A stretch of DNA of 64,000 nucleotides, taken from NCBI GenBank assembly GCA_951406725.2, contig OX597819.1, positions 91,698,001-91,762,000 of the forward strand, read 5' to 3'. The number at the start of each line of letters is the position of its first letter. Positions within the stretch are counted from its first letter, which is position 1. The stretch is from Octopus vulgaris (taxonomy: Eukaryota). The position numbers and the translations under genes are program-made. Shown here piece after piece: positions 26,827-41,334 of this stretch. The notes beneath the pieces are model-generated. The model worked only from the letters and a program-made list of their open reading frames with translations. It ran no database searches and was not told the DNA's origin.

Positions 26827-27089
26827 GGACCGACCAGACCATCAGATGTTGTTACACATCGCTGGTCACAATGCGTTCGCATTGTTTTAGCCTTCAAATG
26901 ACACCAACAGAAGAAAGAGTGGGAGAAAGAGTGGTGAAAGAGTACAGCAGGGATCACTCCCCCCTGCCGGAGCCTCGTGGAGCTTTTAGGTGTTTTCGCT
27001 CAACACTCACAACGCCCGGTCTGGGAATCGAAACCGCGATCCTGCGACCGCGAGTCCGCTGCCCTAACCACTAGGCCATTGCACCTCCA
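26821..27089 (-). mobile_element. tRNA-derived SINE, family D, near full length, within (TA)n
   Basis: Reverse-complement head GGAGGTGCAATGGCCTAGTGGTTAGGGCAGCGGACTCGCGG...GGTTTCGATTCCC with A and B boxes. Confidence 0.85.
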
Positions 27090-27143
<54 letters not shown>

Positions 27144-27159
27144 GGTGCAATGGCCTAGT

Positions 27160-27196
<37 letters not shown>

Positions 27197-27745
27197 CAGT
27201 GGTCAAGCTTGTCGCCATGCTTGATTGGTTTCCTTACAAGATACAGTTATGGGTCAGGTCTGATTCTGATTCGTTAAAAAAATGATGACGTTTTTCTTCC
27301 GTGGTCAAACTAGCCGTTCTGCAAGGTTAGCCACCTAACATGATACAAGACCACAGCTACTACTGCTTTCACAGCCACAGTTTAACTGATATAAACCCAA
27401 CCATCACAAGTTTACCAAAATTACGCTAACAGTCGACGACCAAGAATCACTACTGTTGCTCCCATTGGAACACAAGGTAAAATCTATAATGAACTCCTGC
27501 ACTACACTTGACAAAACAGTAAGGAACAACTATGGATTTTTTCTATTATACACCTTATAATATATTTTTCGCCTTTTCAAGAACATGGATTCTATTGAAT
27601 GTATATAGCATGAACTCTATTGAATGTATTTAACAATTATGAACTGTTCCATTATACACTTTATTATAAAAAAATTTTTTTTGATAAGGTTCGTTATTTC
27701 AAGAAGCGAAACATGTAAAATTAAAATTTATCTAATATATTTTTT

Positions 27746-27788
<43 letters not shown>

Positions 27789-27871
27789 CACACATATATA
27801 TATATATACACATACAATAGTTAGCTACATGGATAGATAGACAGATCGACAAACACATAAGTACATAAATA

Positions 27872-30222
27872 CATGATGGTTGACCCCTCGTTATCGAGTA
27901 TGGCTATTGTTTGAAGCTTAACTGTTACCGGTGCTGTGACCGAACGTGACTTTTTAGCCCAGCTAAAAATCTACAATGTCTTGTACAGAATTAGTAGCTA
28001 AAACCTTTACCGGCAATAGCCGGCTGTAGTTGTAACTGGGCTTCATGTACCTTTGCATGTCGTTTAAGTCTTCCCACCGAATCACATTCCCTTCCACATG
28101 CCTGACAGATATGATTAGTATGGTGTGTAACACCACCACCAGCGGCCTGGTTGTCAATCATCAGTCTCGCTTTATGATTACGAAGATGACTCTTGAGTCC
28201 AGCTTTACTGAGGCATTGTTTTGCACACACTGCAAGTCAGCATCATAGTAAGACCCTTACCATCTGGAAGTGCAACAGCGATGCCCTGCCCGACATCCCT
28301 TCTTATTTTCTCATGCGCAACTCGAGATTTCTCAAAAGTAGCTGTCCCCTCGCACACAATCCTTCTCCACCTGCTACGATCAATACCTATGCCCTCCCGT
28401 GTGTCAGGAGAGATGCTAGCATCTCTTAAGGAGACATTCAGCAAATCTTTACGCCTCTTTTTTGGTTTATGTGGAGGTCGTTCTCTTTTAGCAAACTCTC
28501 CATTAAAGAGTTGTTTTGGCATCCTTGAATATTTTATCCTAACCAGATGACCACTCCATCTGAGCCTTTGCTTCAATATAAGAGCTTCTATTCTTTCACA
28601 CCGAGAGCTTTCCAATATCTCAAGATTACTGATGCGGTCAACCCACTTAATGCCATAGATCCGTCTGAGACACATCTAATGGAAATGTTCCAGTTGTTTA
28701 AGGTAGTATCGATATGTGACCCACGTCTCGCAGGCATAAAGAAGAGAGCACACGCGCCTTGTACACCTTTATCTTTGTCTTTCTGCATATATCTCGCCGA
28801 CTCCAGAGGCGCCTTTCTAGCCTTCCGAAAGCATCACTTGCTTTCCTAATTCTGTATGGAATTTCATTATCCAAATTGCTGTATCTATTAAGAGTACTTC
28901 TCAGGTAGACAAACTGATCAACTACACCAAGTCATTTAACCATACACATAGATATTTGGTTCGCTATTCTGCCTACCAGGGGCAGGTTGGTACATGACAA
29001 CAGTTTTCTTGAGACTGACTGTCAATCCTAAGGCAGTGCAAGCATCAGAGAATGCATTCAAAATGTGTTGCATATCAATCTCTGTGTACTCTACTAGATC
29101 ACAATCACCTGCATACAAAAGGCCTCTTATGATAGAGGTAAATACCTTTGTTTTTGCAGCAAAGCGCCTGATATTAAACATGCTGCCAGAGGTTCGATAA
29201 TGGATGTAAACACCATATCTGCAGTTTTTGAACGCAATACAGAACACCATCGCAAAATATATGGCAAATAGGGTCGGTGTCAGAATTTCCCCCTGTTTCA
29301 CTCTAGAGATAGGCTTCGACATTTTATCTCAAACATTAACCAAACCCTTCGTCTTCGTGAAAAGACCTAACCAAAGCAAGGAACTTTTCAGGACACCCAA
29401 GTTTCTGGAGGACTTTCCACAGTGCATTTCTATTAAAAGTATCAAAGGCTTTTGTTAGATTGACAAAAAAACCTGATATAAATCCAGACCCTGTTCCACA
29501 CACTTCTGAAGCTGTCTAGCTGAAAAGATCACATCCGCAGTGCCGCGTCCCACGCAAAAGCCAGATTGACTTTCTGGAAGAACACAATCTGCAACATGTT
29601 TCAGCAGACGATCCAGAAGTACCCTGCATAAAACCTTTACTATGACAAGAAGCAATGATATTTCCTTATTGTTACAACAATCATTCCTGTTGCCCTTTCC
29701 CTTATATAAGACCACCATTACTGTATCACTCCAGTCCTCAGGTACAGATTCACTAGCCCATATCTTACCAAACAAAGAGTGAAGTTGCTGCAGAAGTTTC
29801 TCACTACAATGCTGTAGCAACTCCACATGTATGCCATCCATACCCGGAGACCTCCCATTATTCATCCTTGAGACAGCCACAGCAACTTCTTCCAGCGTTG
29901 GTGGTTCTGCAACAGCCGCCTTCTCAGGTAATTCAGGGATGAGATTGAGAACATCCTCACTAACTACAGACTGCTGATTCAAAAGTTCATCAAAGTGTTC
30001 TCGCCACCTTCGCAAAATTCACGTAGAGTTCTTTACCATCATCCCTGCTTCGAAGTGGTGTCATCAGAGAAGAAGTCGGTCGATAAACTTCTCGCCAGAG
30101 ACCATACAACAGCTTTGTGTTATTGGAATCCGACGCCGCCTGTATCTCATCAGCCTTCTTACTCCACCACGTATTCCACATGTCAGGCCACTTTCGAGTG
30201 CTACTGGTAACATGCAACCCAG
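27872..30222 (-). mobile_element. 5'-truncated, frameshifted RTE-clade LINE (reverse transcriptase plus C-terminal C2H2 zinc fingers)
   Basis: Collinear ORF pieces RWREHFDELLN, SPGMDGIHVE, LPESQSGF..GRGTADVIF, VKQGEILTPTLF, LLYAGD (YADD mutated), RLRWSGHLVR..RMPKQL, then CxxC-x12-HxxxH fingers. RTE-like 3' UTR. Confidence 0.93.
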
Positions 30223-31473
30223 TACATACATACATACATACATACATACATACATACATACATACATGCATACATACATACAGTATATTTCCCATAGAAG
30301 AACATCTGGATTAATCCTCAGCAAACATCTGTATTCTAATTCAATATTTTGTTTAATGCATTAAAAAAAGTTTTATTTAGAAAACTAAGTCCATACATAA
30401 ATTGAAATTTTAACAAAGCTCATATTTCTTAATGTGTGCCAACACACCCCAGCCTTCAAATATGTGTGTACGTGCGCGCGCGTGTGTGCGTATCTACATT
30501 ATCATATTTATGGTAGTGAATCAATATCAGTGACTCAAAGACCAATAGTTTCGTGCCAGAGTATCAAAATTTCATGCGTCCTCGTGTGAAACTGTAGGTT
30601 CTTAAGTCACTGATGTAGCTTGATAGCAACAGGTATCAACTTTAAATAATTTCTCCAAAATTGAAATGCCTTTAAGGAAAAGACAGACTGGTTGTATGAC
30701 AACAAAACTTCAACTATGGTTACGTACTTCTGCCTCAATAGGCATCTTTAGCACAGCAGTTATTATAGCTCATCTTCAACTGATGAGACATGCAAACGTA
30801 TCCTCCAGCCAAAGAGCAAGTTATGTTGGCTATTTACAGTCTAGATAATTTGCATAAATTTAACAAAAATGAGTAAAGGAAACCATCTCTGAGTAGTCAG
30901 AGGCGTGTATTTGAAGAACAAAGACGAATAAGTGTTTATTATTACTATTTAAGAGAAAGTTTTGATTTATTGGAATTATCTCCCTTCCGGAAAGAGTAGA
31001 CGAATGGCTTACGGTGGACTGGGTTCCACGAGTGGCCATACAAATTGAAATCGTGTTAAACGCGGGAGATGTGTTATTAATGATATTAATTAATTATTAA
31101 GTCGGCGGGTTGGCAAAAAATCATTAGAGCATCGGAAAAAGGCATTACTATATTTGTTCCGATCCTACGTTCCGAGATCAAACTTTTTTTCATCATTTGG
31201 GTTCGATGAAATAAATTACCAGTCATGCATTGCAGTCGATTTCATCGACAAAATCTTTTTTTTCCCAAAACTACGGTTTCTAAATCAGAAACCATTTTTA
31301 ATAAAGAAAACAGACAAAGATAAAATCTAAATAATTATTTCTTAAAATGAGGAAAGCAAACACGTTTATTTCTCTCCCCGCCTCTCTCTCTCTCTCTCAC
31401 TCACTCTCTCTCACTCACTCTCTCTCTCTCTCACTCACTCTCTCTCTCTCACTCACTCTCTCTCTCTCACTCA

Positions 31474-31511
<38 letters not shown>

Positions 31512-31989
31512 TGAGTACTGTTGTAATATTGGGTTTTGTATTCTATCCAAAATAATAAAGCTTCGTCTATCATCTCCATAGTGTTACTACATATGTATGA
31601 TGTGTGTTTTAAACTGATTGATGATCTAGTAATTATACGGGCTCTAAGTGTTTCTTTCGTCTTTTTTTTTTACATGTTCTATTAGTTACTTTGTTAAATA
31701 TTAAACTGTTTTACAGTTTCTGTTGAAATCTTTCCATTCTATTTTGAAGTCGATTTAATATATCAATTTCCATTTCCAGAGAAACTGATTTCATCACATT
31801 CAAAACTCTACTATTCAGTTCATATAACAAAGCAACAACAACAACAACAACAAAAATCTAATTCCAGCGTTAATTAACACGGACTATATCACTATCAAAA
31901 AAAGTGAAATGAAAGTAACGCACGCACGCGCACACACACACATACGTATGTGAGTGTGCGTGTGTGAGTGTCTGTGTGTGTGCATATAT

Positions 31990-32044
<55 letters not shown>

Positions 32045-32198
32045 AACGGAAATTGAAATGATGGAATGACTATTCTGGATACATAAATTAAAAAACAACA
32101 GCAACAAACTAAAAAAAAAAGCTTAAAACCATTCTAAACTGGAACAGTACAGTGCGAGTAATGTGTAAAGGATGGTGTGTGTTAGTGTGTGTGTATGT

Positions 32199-32253
<55 letters not shown>

Positions 32254-32385
32254 GGTGTGACTGGGTAGTTTAGTAATTCGGTTCACAGCCACGTGGCATC
32301 TTGAAGATGTATTTCTTTTATCTGTGTATTGGAGTTGACAAATGCTTATTGAGTAAAATCTGGAAGACGGAAGCAGCACACAAAC

Positions 32386-32466
<81 letters not shown>

Positions 32467-32507
32467 CATCCATCCATCCATCCATCCATCCATCCATCCA
32501 TCCATCC

Positions 32508-32573
<66 letters not shown>

Positions 32574-33821
32574 GCATGAATATCTTTGTTTTTGAATTCT
32601 GTGTAAAAAATCGTGTTACCTGTATATCCTTACAGGGATGTAAATTAGTTGGTGAATTTAGCCGTTAGGTAAACAGAGGTTGATAAAATATTTACCAGAC
32701 TAGTTTCTGGTGTCGATAAAATTGGCTAACACCCTTTAAGATGACGGCGCCCCAATGAGGCCAGAATTCAATGACTTAAAAACTTAAAAAATAAAACATA
32801 CATACATACACACCTTCACACATACATGCATACATACATACATACATTTATATATGTGTGGAACCATGAATCCTGCCACGTTTTTACTCTCTCTCCGTTT
32901 TTCTCTTTCTCTCTTCATTTTTTCCTCAACCCTTTCTTTCGAAGGGCGTAGGTTCGAAATGTCAAAGACTTTTCCATTTTTCCTGATCGTCAAACTAATA
33001 CACCCATGTCCTTTTATTTATTGCAGTGCCGCTATATCAATTACTCAAGGACCTATAGTTTCGTGTTATAGCACGAAGCCTGACAGAGCTAACCTATTTG
33101 CAAAGATGATCTTAGTCCATTTGTTTGTTCAATCAGGATGAAGGCTGGGAAAAGGAAAACGAAAAGGAAAAAAAGTATCTGGGGTTCTAAGCGATAATTC
33201 TAGATAGTTTTATTCCTTTGTATTTGCACGAGTAAGACGGTGAAGAGCGTAACGTAGAATACCCTAAAATAGTTATTCCAGATGTCGAGCCTTGTGCCTA
33301 CAGAAGAAAAGAATATTTATTTCAGATGTCTGTGCTATGAGTTCGAACCACGCTGAAGTAACGTTAGTTTTACCTTTCATTTTTTCAGAGTCATTAAATA
33401 AAATATCAAACCAGTATAGGTATCTTCTTCTTCTTCTTCTTCTTCTTCTTCTTCTTCTTCTTCTTCTTCTTCTTCTTCTTCTTCTTCTTCTTCTTCTCCT
33501 CCTCCTCCTCCTCCTCCTCCTCCTCCCTTTAGTATGGTCCAAACTTTTCTTGCTGATTCGATCTGAATTACCCTTAAAAGTATACGAGCCTGTGGAATAC
33601 ACTGTTACCTATAGGTTAACTTCACAAATGAGAATTTAATTGGTTGAACAACTGAGTGGTCATCGTCGACGCTGACAGAGAACCCATTACTACCATATGT
33701 TGGGCTTAATAGTTACAGATCTCTTAAAATCGTTTTGGTTCAAGATAAATCTTTATTTGAACCTAAAGATGACGCCAAACTTGTGGGCATTTTCCAATTT
33801 CTATGCTTTATCTTATCATTT

Positions 33822-34016
33822 GCTTATTTCAGTCGCTGGACTGCGGCTATGCTGGAGCATTGCTTTGAATGGTTTTAGTCGTACTTATTTTTTGGCCTGG
33901 TACTCATTCTATTGGTGTCTTTTGCCAAATCACTAAGTTAAGGGACGTAAACAAACCAACACCGGTTGTCAAGCGATGATGGGGACAAGCACAAGCAAAC
34001 GTAAACACACGCATGT

Positions 34017-34069
<53 letters not shown>

Positions 34070-34271
34070 CACACACACACAGGCACGCACACTCCCCCCC
34101 TCTCTCTCACACACGTACAATGAGCTTCTTTCAGATTCCTTCTACCAAACCCACTCACAGGGCTTTTGTCGGCCCGGGTCTATAGTAAAAGACACTTATC
34201 TTAGGTGTCACGTAGTTGGACTGAACCTAGAACCATGTGGTTGGGAAACAAGCTTCTTACCACACAGCCAT
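33822..34271 (-). mobile_element. SINE family A
   Basis: Tail, internal (CA)n and head all match the other family A copies. Confidence 0.85.
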
Positions 34272-34534
34272 AAGGAAATTAAACACGTGAAATACGTATA
34301 ATTCTTTTCCTTGATGTAATATCTTTTATATGTAAACTGAAGTATATCAATAAATGAATGTACTAAAGTCTTATCTCGGTGGTGGATATTTCGTCGTTTC
34401 CGATGATGAGCGATCTATTGTTGCTTTGAGCCGTTGTAGTAGCAATGGCCGAAATGACGAGTACTTTGTTTTACGACCTCGAAAAGATGAGAGACAAAGC
34501 TGACCCCGTTGAGGTTTGAGGGCATGAAATGTTT

Positions 34535-34877
34535 TAACGCAGCCCTTTTGGCCTTACCTATTTGGCGTCGCTGATTCGACGCTGACTTATTTGACTGTAG
34601 ACATTTTAATGCTTCTTTTGTTTCAATGTTTTACTTGCACTTTCCCTCCGACTCGCTCTTTCTCTCTGTTGTGATCATATGCGAGCATATCACTCTTTAT
34701 TGTGTATTTGAGGAGAGGGAAAGTGTTTATGTCGATCATGTTCAATTGATAAATTGCAATTGCTCTCTCTCTGTCTCTCGTTCTATTTCCTCTCCCTATT
34801 TATGTGTTAGCATATTTCCCATTATGTGCATAAGGAGAGTGAAAGTGTTATGCCAATCATGTTCAACTGATAAATTG

Positions 34878-34920
<43 letters not shown>

Positions 34921-35030
34921 TCTCTCATCCATACTCTCTACTTGCATGAGTATATTTCTGTGCACGCGTTTGCCTCCAGTGCCAAAAATAACTGTCGCTA
35001 AAACAGGTTCAGTGTCAAGTCAACTTTGCT
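34535..35030 (+). repeat. Dispersed repeat family F copy (probable non-autonomous DNA transposon)
   Basis: Shares TTTGCCTCCAGTGCCAAAAA..ACTGTCGCTAAAACA and TCAATCATGTTCAA.TGATAAATTG-like blocks with 39899-40370 and, inverted, with 51131-51765. Confidence 0.6.
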
Positions 35031-37080
35031 ATAGCGACAAAGAAGCCGCACCCAGTCATCTCATTCTGGGTATTTGAGCTGAGTACGTAGAGAGCTGGAA
35101 TGAATTCTGTTAGGCAACCTACCCGACGCTCTAACGACCCTGCCAGTTCGCTGCCTACTTCCCGTATTATGTTATCTAGTTATACAAAAAGTTGGAGAAA
35201 AAAAAAAGAGAGAACGCAGCGTCATGCATTAACTTTGGGAAATTTTATCCTTTTACTTTTCTTAAAGAAAATGGTCTTGTGTTTCAAGATTATCTTGGCG
35301 TATGCATATTCTTGAAAAAAATTTCTGTAATTTCATCTCTTCGTATCCACCTAGCCATTCACCATTAATTTATCTAATCATCCATCTACCAGCTCATCCA
35401 CCCATCCATCCATCCATCCATCCATCCAGCCAGCCATCCATCCATCCAGCCAGCCATCCATCCAGCCAGCCAGCCAACCGGCTATGCATATTGCTATCTA
35501 GCTATCCATCCATTTATTCAACTACGAATTTGTGTTCTCTAACAAGCTAAATTGCGCAGGATCTACTCAAGGGCAGTAGTGTATCCCTGAATGCAATTGT
35601 ATCGTTGGGGTGCCGCAAAATACTTTCCCCACAATGTATTTGGGGCAAGTCTGTATAACAAGACTCATCAATTAGGAATCCATGACCACGAAAGAAACTG
35701 AATCTAGTAATGATAATTAATGAAACAACAGCCATTTCCACAGTGCTTCTTCCTCATATATTAACGTTTATTTTACTTTATTTTCAACCAAAAGTTTTTA
35801 ATTTAAATTATATGTATAACTGCAGACGATGGCACCAATTTATCTATTTCTTACTTATAATTTCTATATAAAACTCTCATCCATTATATAAATAAATATA
35901 CTGAATATATCAAACCTATTATACTAAACATCATTTAATAATCTACCAACTGACCTATTGGGAATTAACTTTGCTACGAAAAGAGTGCGGCAGCTTTTAA
36001 TACATGACAGAATCTGCCATCCAAACTTTCAGACTAGCAGTCCAGCTTGGAACAGCAGCAAATGTCTGCGGCTAGCTATTTATTCTTCCCCAATATACTG
36101 TTTACACTTTGCCTGTTTAATTCATTTTAATAAGTTTGTCATAAACGCTCATTCTTGTTTTCAGACTTATAGTTAGCTCTTGTTTCATACGTTTCGATTA
36201 ATATAAAGCTTTACTGTCATAAGTACCAAGCTACTCTGGTTCTTTAAAAATAGCGAATGTGTATCATATATGATGCAAGGGCATCAGGAAATATGCCCTG
36301 TGTATTACATGCAATACACATAACAGACACAGAGTTAACACTGGGTTAAAAGTCAATACTGGGCAAACCTTTAATCGAAGGTATTCCAAACATGACTGTT
36401 TTTTCTGTCTGTATATCTAAGATTACATTGCTCAATGTATTATTCGTTTTTCTTTCTTAAGGCGGAAGTGTGGCGAAATTTTAAGAAGATTTTGCTACTG
36501 TTTCTTGGAAACCGGATTATCACGTGGATGTCACGATGAAACAGTCCTCATTGCGACAACCTTAAAGGATAACAATATTAAAGAAGGCCGGTGGCTATCA
36601 GGATCGTTACAGCAACAGAAAAATGCCTTGTAGTTTAGCTTGTAGTTTAGCTACTCTCCTTTATGGTCTGAGTTCAAATCTCGCTGAGAGTAATTTTGTT
36701 TTTCATCCTTCCCTTCAAGATCGAAAAAATAAAATAAATGACTGGAATCAACCATAATTGGCTACACTCTGAGTTAGAAATCTTTACTAAAGAATAACCG
36801 CAACCAGCGGAATTGGTAGGCTGTCAGATAAAATGCTTGCAGTATTAAGTTATGGGTCTTTATGTTTAAGTTCTATCGGAGTCAGACTTTACCTTTCATG
36901 CTTCTAATAATATTATAAAATATATTATATTATATTTATTATATTATATCATAAAAAATACCAGTCATGGCTTAGTATCAAATAAACCGACAGTACGCTT
37001 TCTCAGCCAAATGCGCGAGCTTGTGTCGCCTTTTTTAGAAATCAAGCCGAAGATCGATAGCAAAAATCATTGATTCCCAT

Positions 37081-37226
37081 TAGACATGGGCAACATTTTT
37101 GAGAGGCAGGCCGCACGAAACATGTCTCATCATCAGGTGGTCTGCACAATTAAAAAAGATTTAAGGTAATTTTTCGCTAGGTGTGCCATTCAGGAAGTCT
37201 AACGGACCGCGGTTTGCCCATAGCTG
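37081..37226. mobile_element. Small hAT-like MITE
   Basis: Imperfect TIRs TAGACATGGGCAA / TTGCCCATAGCTG. No clear TSD. Confidence 0.4.
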
Positions 37227-37644
37227 AACCAAGTGCTTCAACCTTACACCGTTTTCAAATTCTATCGACGTTTTTCGCTAGGCGTGCCATTCAGAAATCG
37301 AGTTGCTAGAAATAGAAATAACCAAAACTACCGCAAATCGCATCATAGCATCTTCAAAAGAAAACCTCACTCCAGTAAGCTGCGTAATTAGGAGAGGGGC
37401 GAGGAAGGGAGATCTATATTGAGTGATGCTTTTACGGAACGGTATTTTGATTAAGCATGTATGGGGAACGTGGTGGGGAGAGACAAGTTCAAGAGCTTTC
37501 CTGGATGACACACACTCTGGATACTCCACTGTCCCGCTGAATACTGTAATTTTAGGTGGACTGTGTCTGAAAAGTAAAATAAGACGGGATGGCCCCGGCT
37601 GGAATGCCTTTTAATCATATATCTACTTCATCAGAATGGAGGTG

Positions 37645-37866
37645 GAGGCGTGTGACTTAGTGGTTAGGGTGTTGGACTCATGGTCGTAAAATTGTGGTTT
37701 CGATTCCTGAACAGGGTAACGCGTTGTGCTCTTGAGCAAAACACTTCATTTCACGTTGCTCCAGCCCACTCAGCTGGCAAAAATGAGTAATCCTGCGACG
37801 GACCGGTGTTCCGTCCGGGTGGGGAATTTATACGCCATGAAATCGGGAAACCGGCCCTTATGAGTC
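37645..37866 (+). mobile_element. SINE with family C head and V-SINE-like 3' part
   Basis: GGAGGCGTGTGACTTAGTGGTTAGGG...GGTTTCGATTCC head, GTGCTCTTGAGCAAAACAC, then CCTGCGACGGACCGG...GGAAACCGG. Confidence 0.7.
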
Positions 37867-38092
37867 GATCTCTTGTCGGAATAATGGGTGTTTCATCAAG
37901 TTAGGCATTGGAGCCGAACCAGGACGAAACCACAGCAACAAATACCATTCGAACCAATGACGAAACTTTTATGGGATCGCTCTGTTTGCTAGAAATGCTG
38001 ACTTGAAAAAGGAAGGACATATTAAATGATGCAATGCTAGATGCACTATGCCAGTAAAACACATAGGGTTAACAATAGCAACAACGACAATA

Positions 38093-38146
<54 letters not shown>

Positions 38147-38764
38147 TCTGCTGCTTCTGCTGCTGCTGCTGCTACTCATCCAAACAACAGGCATCAACAT
38201 CACAGTAAAAAAAAAACAAATAGAAAACAACCCAAATAATGAAATGTAAAACCAAAACAAGAAACTATGAACTAAAACAAAAAATAAAAATAAAAATAAC
38301 AAAAGATTAAGCTTTTAATTAATTTGTAATGTTTCCAAGCCAACCACCGATCCGACAAATTGAATTTGGTACCAAAAGAAAAAAAAAAAACAGCAGTAAA
38401 AAAAATAACCAAAACACAAAAATATCGACGAAAACGTTCCATCATAAAATATACTGTTTTATGACACAAATATCGCTCTTCGATCTCTTGTCAGAATAAT
38501 GGGTGTTTCATCAAGTACGGAATTAGTTTTCACAAATGAACTTAATATTGTCTTAATATTGTGATTCCTGAAATCTCTAGATATTTTCCCGAGAAGTGGT
38601 CGCTTATATAATGTCTAGTTGCGATGGGAACTGGTTAGGTTTCACGAGGCCCTGTCTATTAATCTGTTGATAAGATCTCGCTGGTTCATTGGAAACTTCC
38701 CAAATGAAATCTGAATGTAATTTCTTTCCGTGCTGGTGTTGACAACACTCATACACACATATTA

Positions 38765-38801
<37 letters not shown>

Positions 38802-39626
38802 CATGCGTATTCAAGCACAGGCACACACAGCGCGTGCGTGTCTACACATATATCAATACATACGCATATTCATAAACATAAATACATGCATATGTAGATA
38901 CACAAGTACACACACCGCCTGCGTTCGTACACACTCATAATACATACACACATACACACACAAGGGCACTCTAACGCGAACACGCACATACATACGCGCG
39001 CACACACATACAGGCGCGCGCACACACAAACACACGTATGCACACATACATATGCACGCATACATATGCATCAAGCACGTGCCGTGTGTAATTACTCAGG
39101 GTAAGCAGTTGGTGACGTTTATGTAGTAAAACATGCAAACAAATAAGCGAAACACAGGCGCGCGACTGAGTTGAAGGTAGATTTACTTCTGCCTTTATAG
39201 AGCGTACAGAAAACGTTGTTGTAGGAATGTACGCAGCACGTGTACTACAGCAGTATTATGCGTAGCTTTAATACTGAGATTGAAAGGCAGGGGCGAATTA
39301 TGCCTACTTAACAATAAAATATTATGTCTACAAAACAATAAAATATTTTGCATTTTGTGCGTAGTAATCGGAGTAACCTTCATCACTTTTTTTCAATTAG
39401 GTGCATATTTTTCCATAAAAGGAAAATACTACTATCGATCTATTTTATTCAGGGTAGGCACTGCCGACCTTGCCTACCCAGGTGGCACGTCCTTGATATG
39501 CACACAGATGCACTCATAAATATGTACACACACAGTACGTGCATATACACAACTCTCACACATGCACACCCACGTACACATGCACACACGCATATACATA
39601 GACATGGGTATGTATGTATGTATGTA

Positions 39627-39666
<40 letters not shown>

Positions 39667-39898
39667 TGTGTGCGGACATGTACACGCACACCACGAATTG
39701 GTTGTGAGAGTCGTTTGAGCGTCGAACAAAATGCTCCGCGATATTTGCTCCGATTCTCTGCGAAGTGACTTTTCACTCCTCTTAAGTACTAAAGCTCTTA
39801 AATACTACAGCTGATCTTTCTTTCTCTCCCTCTCGGAATTGGCTGAGGATCAAGAAAGAAGCGCTGCCTAACAATCGTTTCAAAGAGTATTGAAACAT

Positions 39899-40056
39899 TT
39901 TGGCACAACCGTTTTGGTGCCGCCTGTTTGACGTCAATGATTCGATGCTGACTTGCTTGACATTAGACGTTTTAATGTTATTCTCGTTTAATGCTTCTGT
40001 CGTTTACCGCCACATCTCACTCTTTCTTTCTGTCTATATTTCTTTCCGTCTATTTT

Positions 40057-40120
<64 letters not shown>

Positions 40121-40370
40121 ACTTTCTTTCACGCTCTCTGCATCTGTTCATGCGTGTGAGCATATTTCTCTTATATGTATGAGGAAAATAAGGTGTTTAT
40201 GTCAATCGTATTCAGTTAATAACTTGTAAAGTCTCTCTCTTCCCTCCCCCTCTCTCTCACTGTATGTGTATATTTCTGTGCAAGTGAGCGAGCGTGTTTG
40301 CCTCCAGTGCCAAAAATTACTGTCGCTAAAACAAGTTCAACATACAGTTAACTGAGCCAAATCGCCAACG
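39899..40370 (+). repeat. Dispersed repeat family F copy
   Basis: Collinear similarity to 34535-35030, with an internal (TTTC)n. Confidence 0.6.
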
Positions 40371-40894
40371 TCCAAACAGCGACTCGCAATCCTTTCATTC
40401 CGTCCTTCGAATGCTATTACATGGGGACTTCCGCTGGTCAGATCTGCTCATGTATCAGTTTTTCTAGGTGCAAGCCTGAGCAAAGTTTTTTCTGTTTACT
40501 TCTGACTGGCAGTTTTCCTTTGCAGGTAGGTTTACGCCTATCCACTGCACTGGTGTTGTCCAAGAAAAGGGTTCCACCTGAGAACTGATTTAGTTTGGTA
40601 CCAGCATCGGTGTAGGAGTTGGTTTTAGAACGGCACAGATATGGAATAAATACTATATAATATATCGTAATAGTTCTGGAAATCCACTACTCTTAGCTGG
40701 TGTCTTCTTTTATTTACTCCGAAAGGATAAAAGGCCAAATTGACCTCGGTGGAGTTTGAACTCGGGTTGCAGAGAATTGGAACGAATTCCACGAATCATT
40801 TAAATCAACGCTTTAATAACTCTGCCAGCTCGCCACTCTGTGACCTATTGTCACGATTCAATAAACGTTTTTTTTTTCTTTTTAAAAAGGCAAA

Positions 40895-41310
40895 ACAGGC
40901 ATGGTTGTGTAGTAAAGAAGTTCGCTTGGCAACCATGTGGTTTCAGGTTCAGTCCCACTGCACAGCACCTTGGGCATGGGTTTTCTACTATAACCACGGG
41001 CTGGTTAATGCTTTGTCAATGGCTTTGGTTGACAAACTGTGCAAAACCTGTCATACACACACACACACACACACACACATACACACATGTGCATATGTGT
41101 GCGCGTGCGTATCTGTGTTTCTACTCAACCATCGCTTAACCATCGCAGTGGTGCTGGTTTATGTACATCCTCGGCACTCAGCGATTCGGTAAAAGTTACC
41201 GATTAAATCAGTACCAGTCTTAAAAATACATAATGAGGTCGATTAGTTCAACTTGACTCTTCAAGACAGTGCCCCAGCATTGCCGCAGTCTAATGGCTAA
41301 AAAATGCTTG
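40895..41310 (+). mobile_element. SINE family A (older, diverged copy)
   Basis: AGGCATGGTTGTGTAGTAAAG head, CACCTTGGGCA, tail GTGCCCCAGCATTGCCGCAGTC. Confidence 0.8.
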
Positions 41311-41334
41311 TTTTGATCATTAAAAAAAAAGAAT

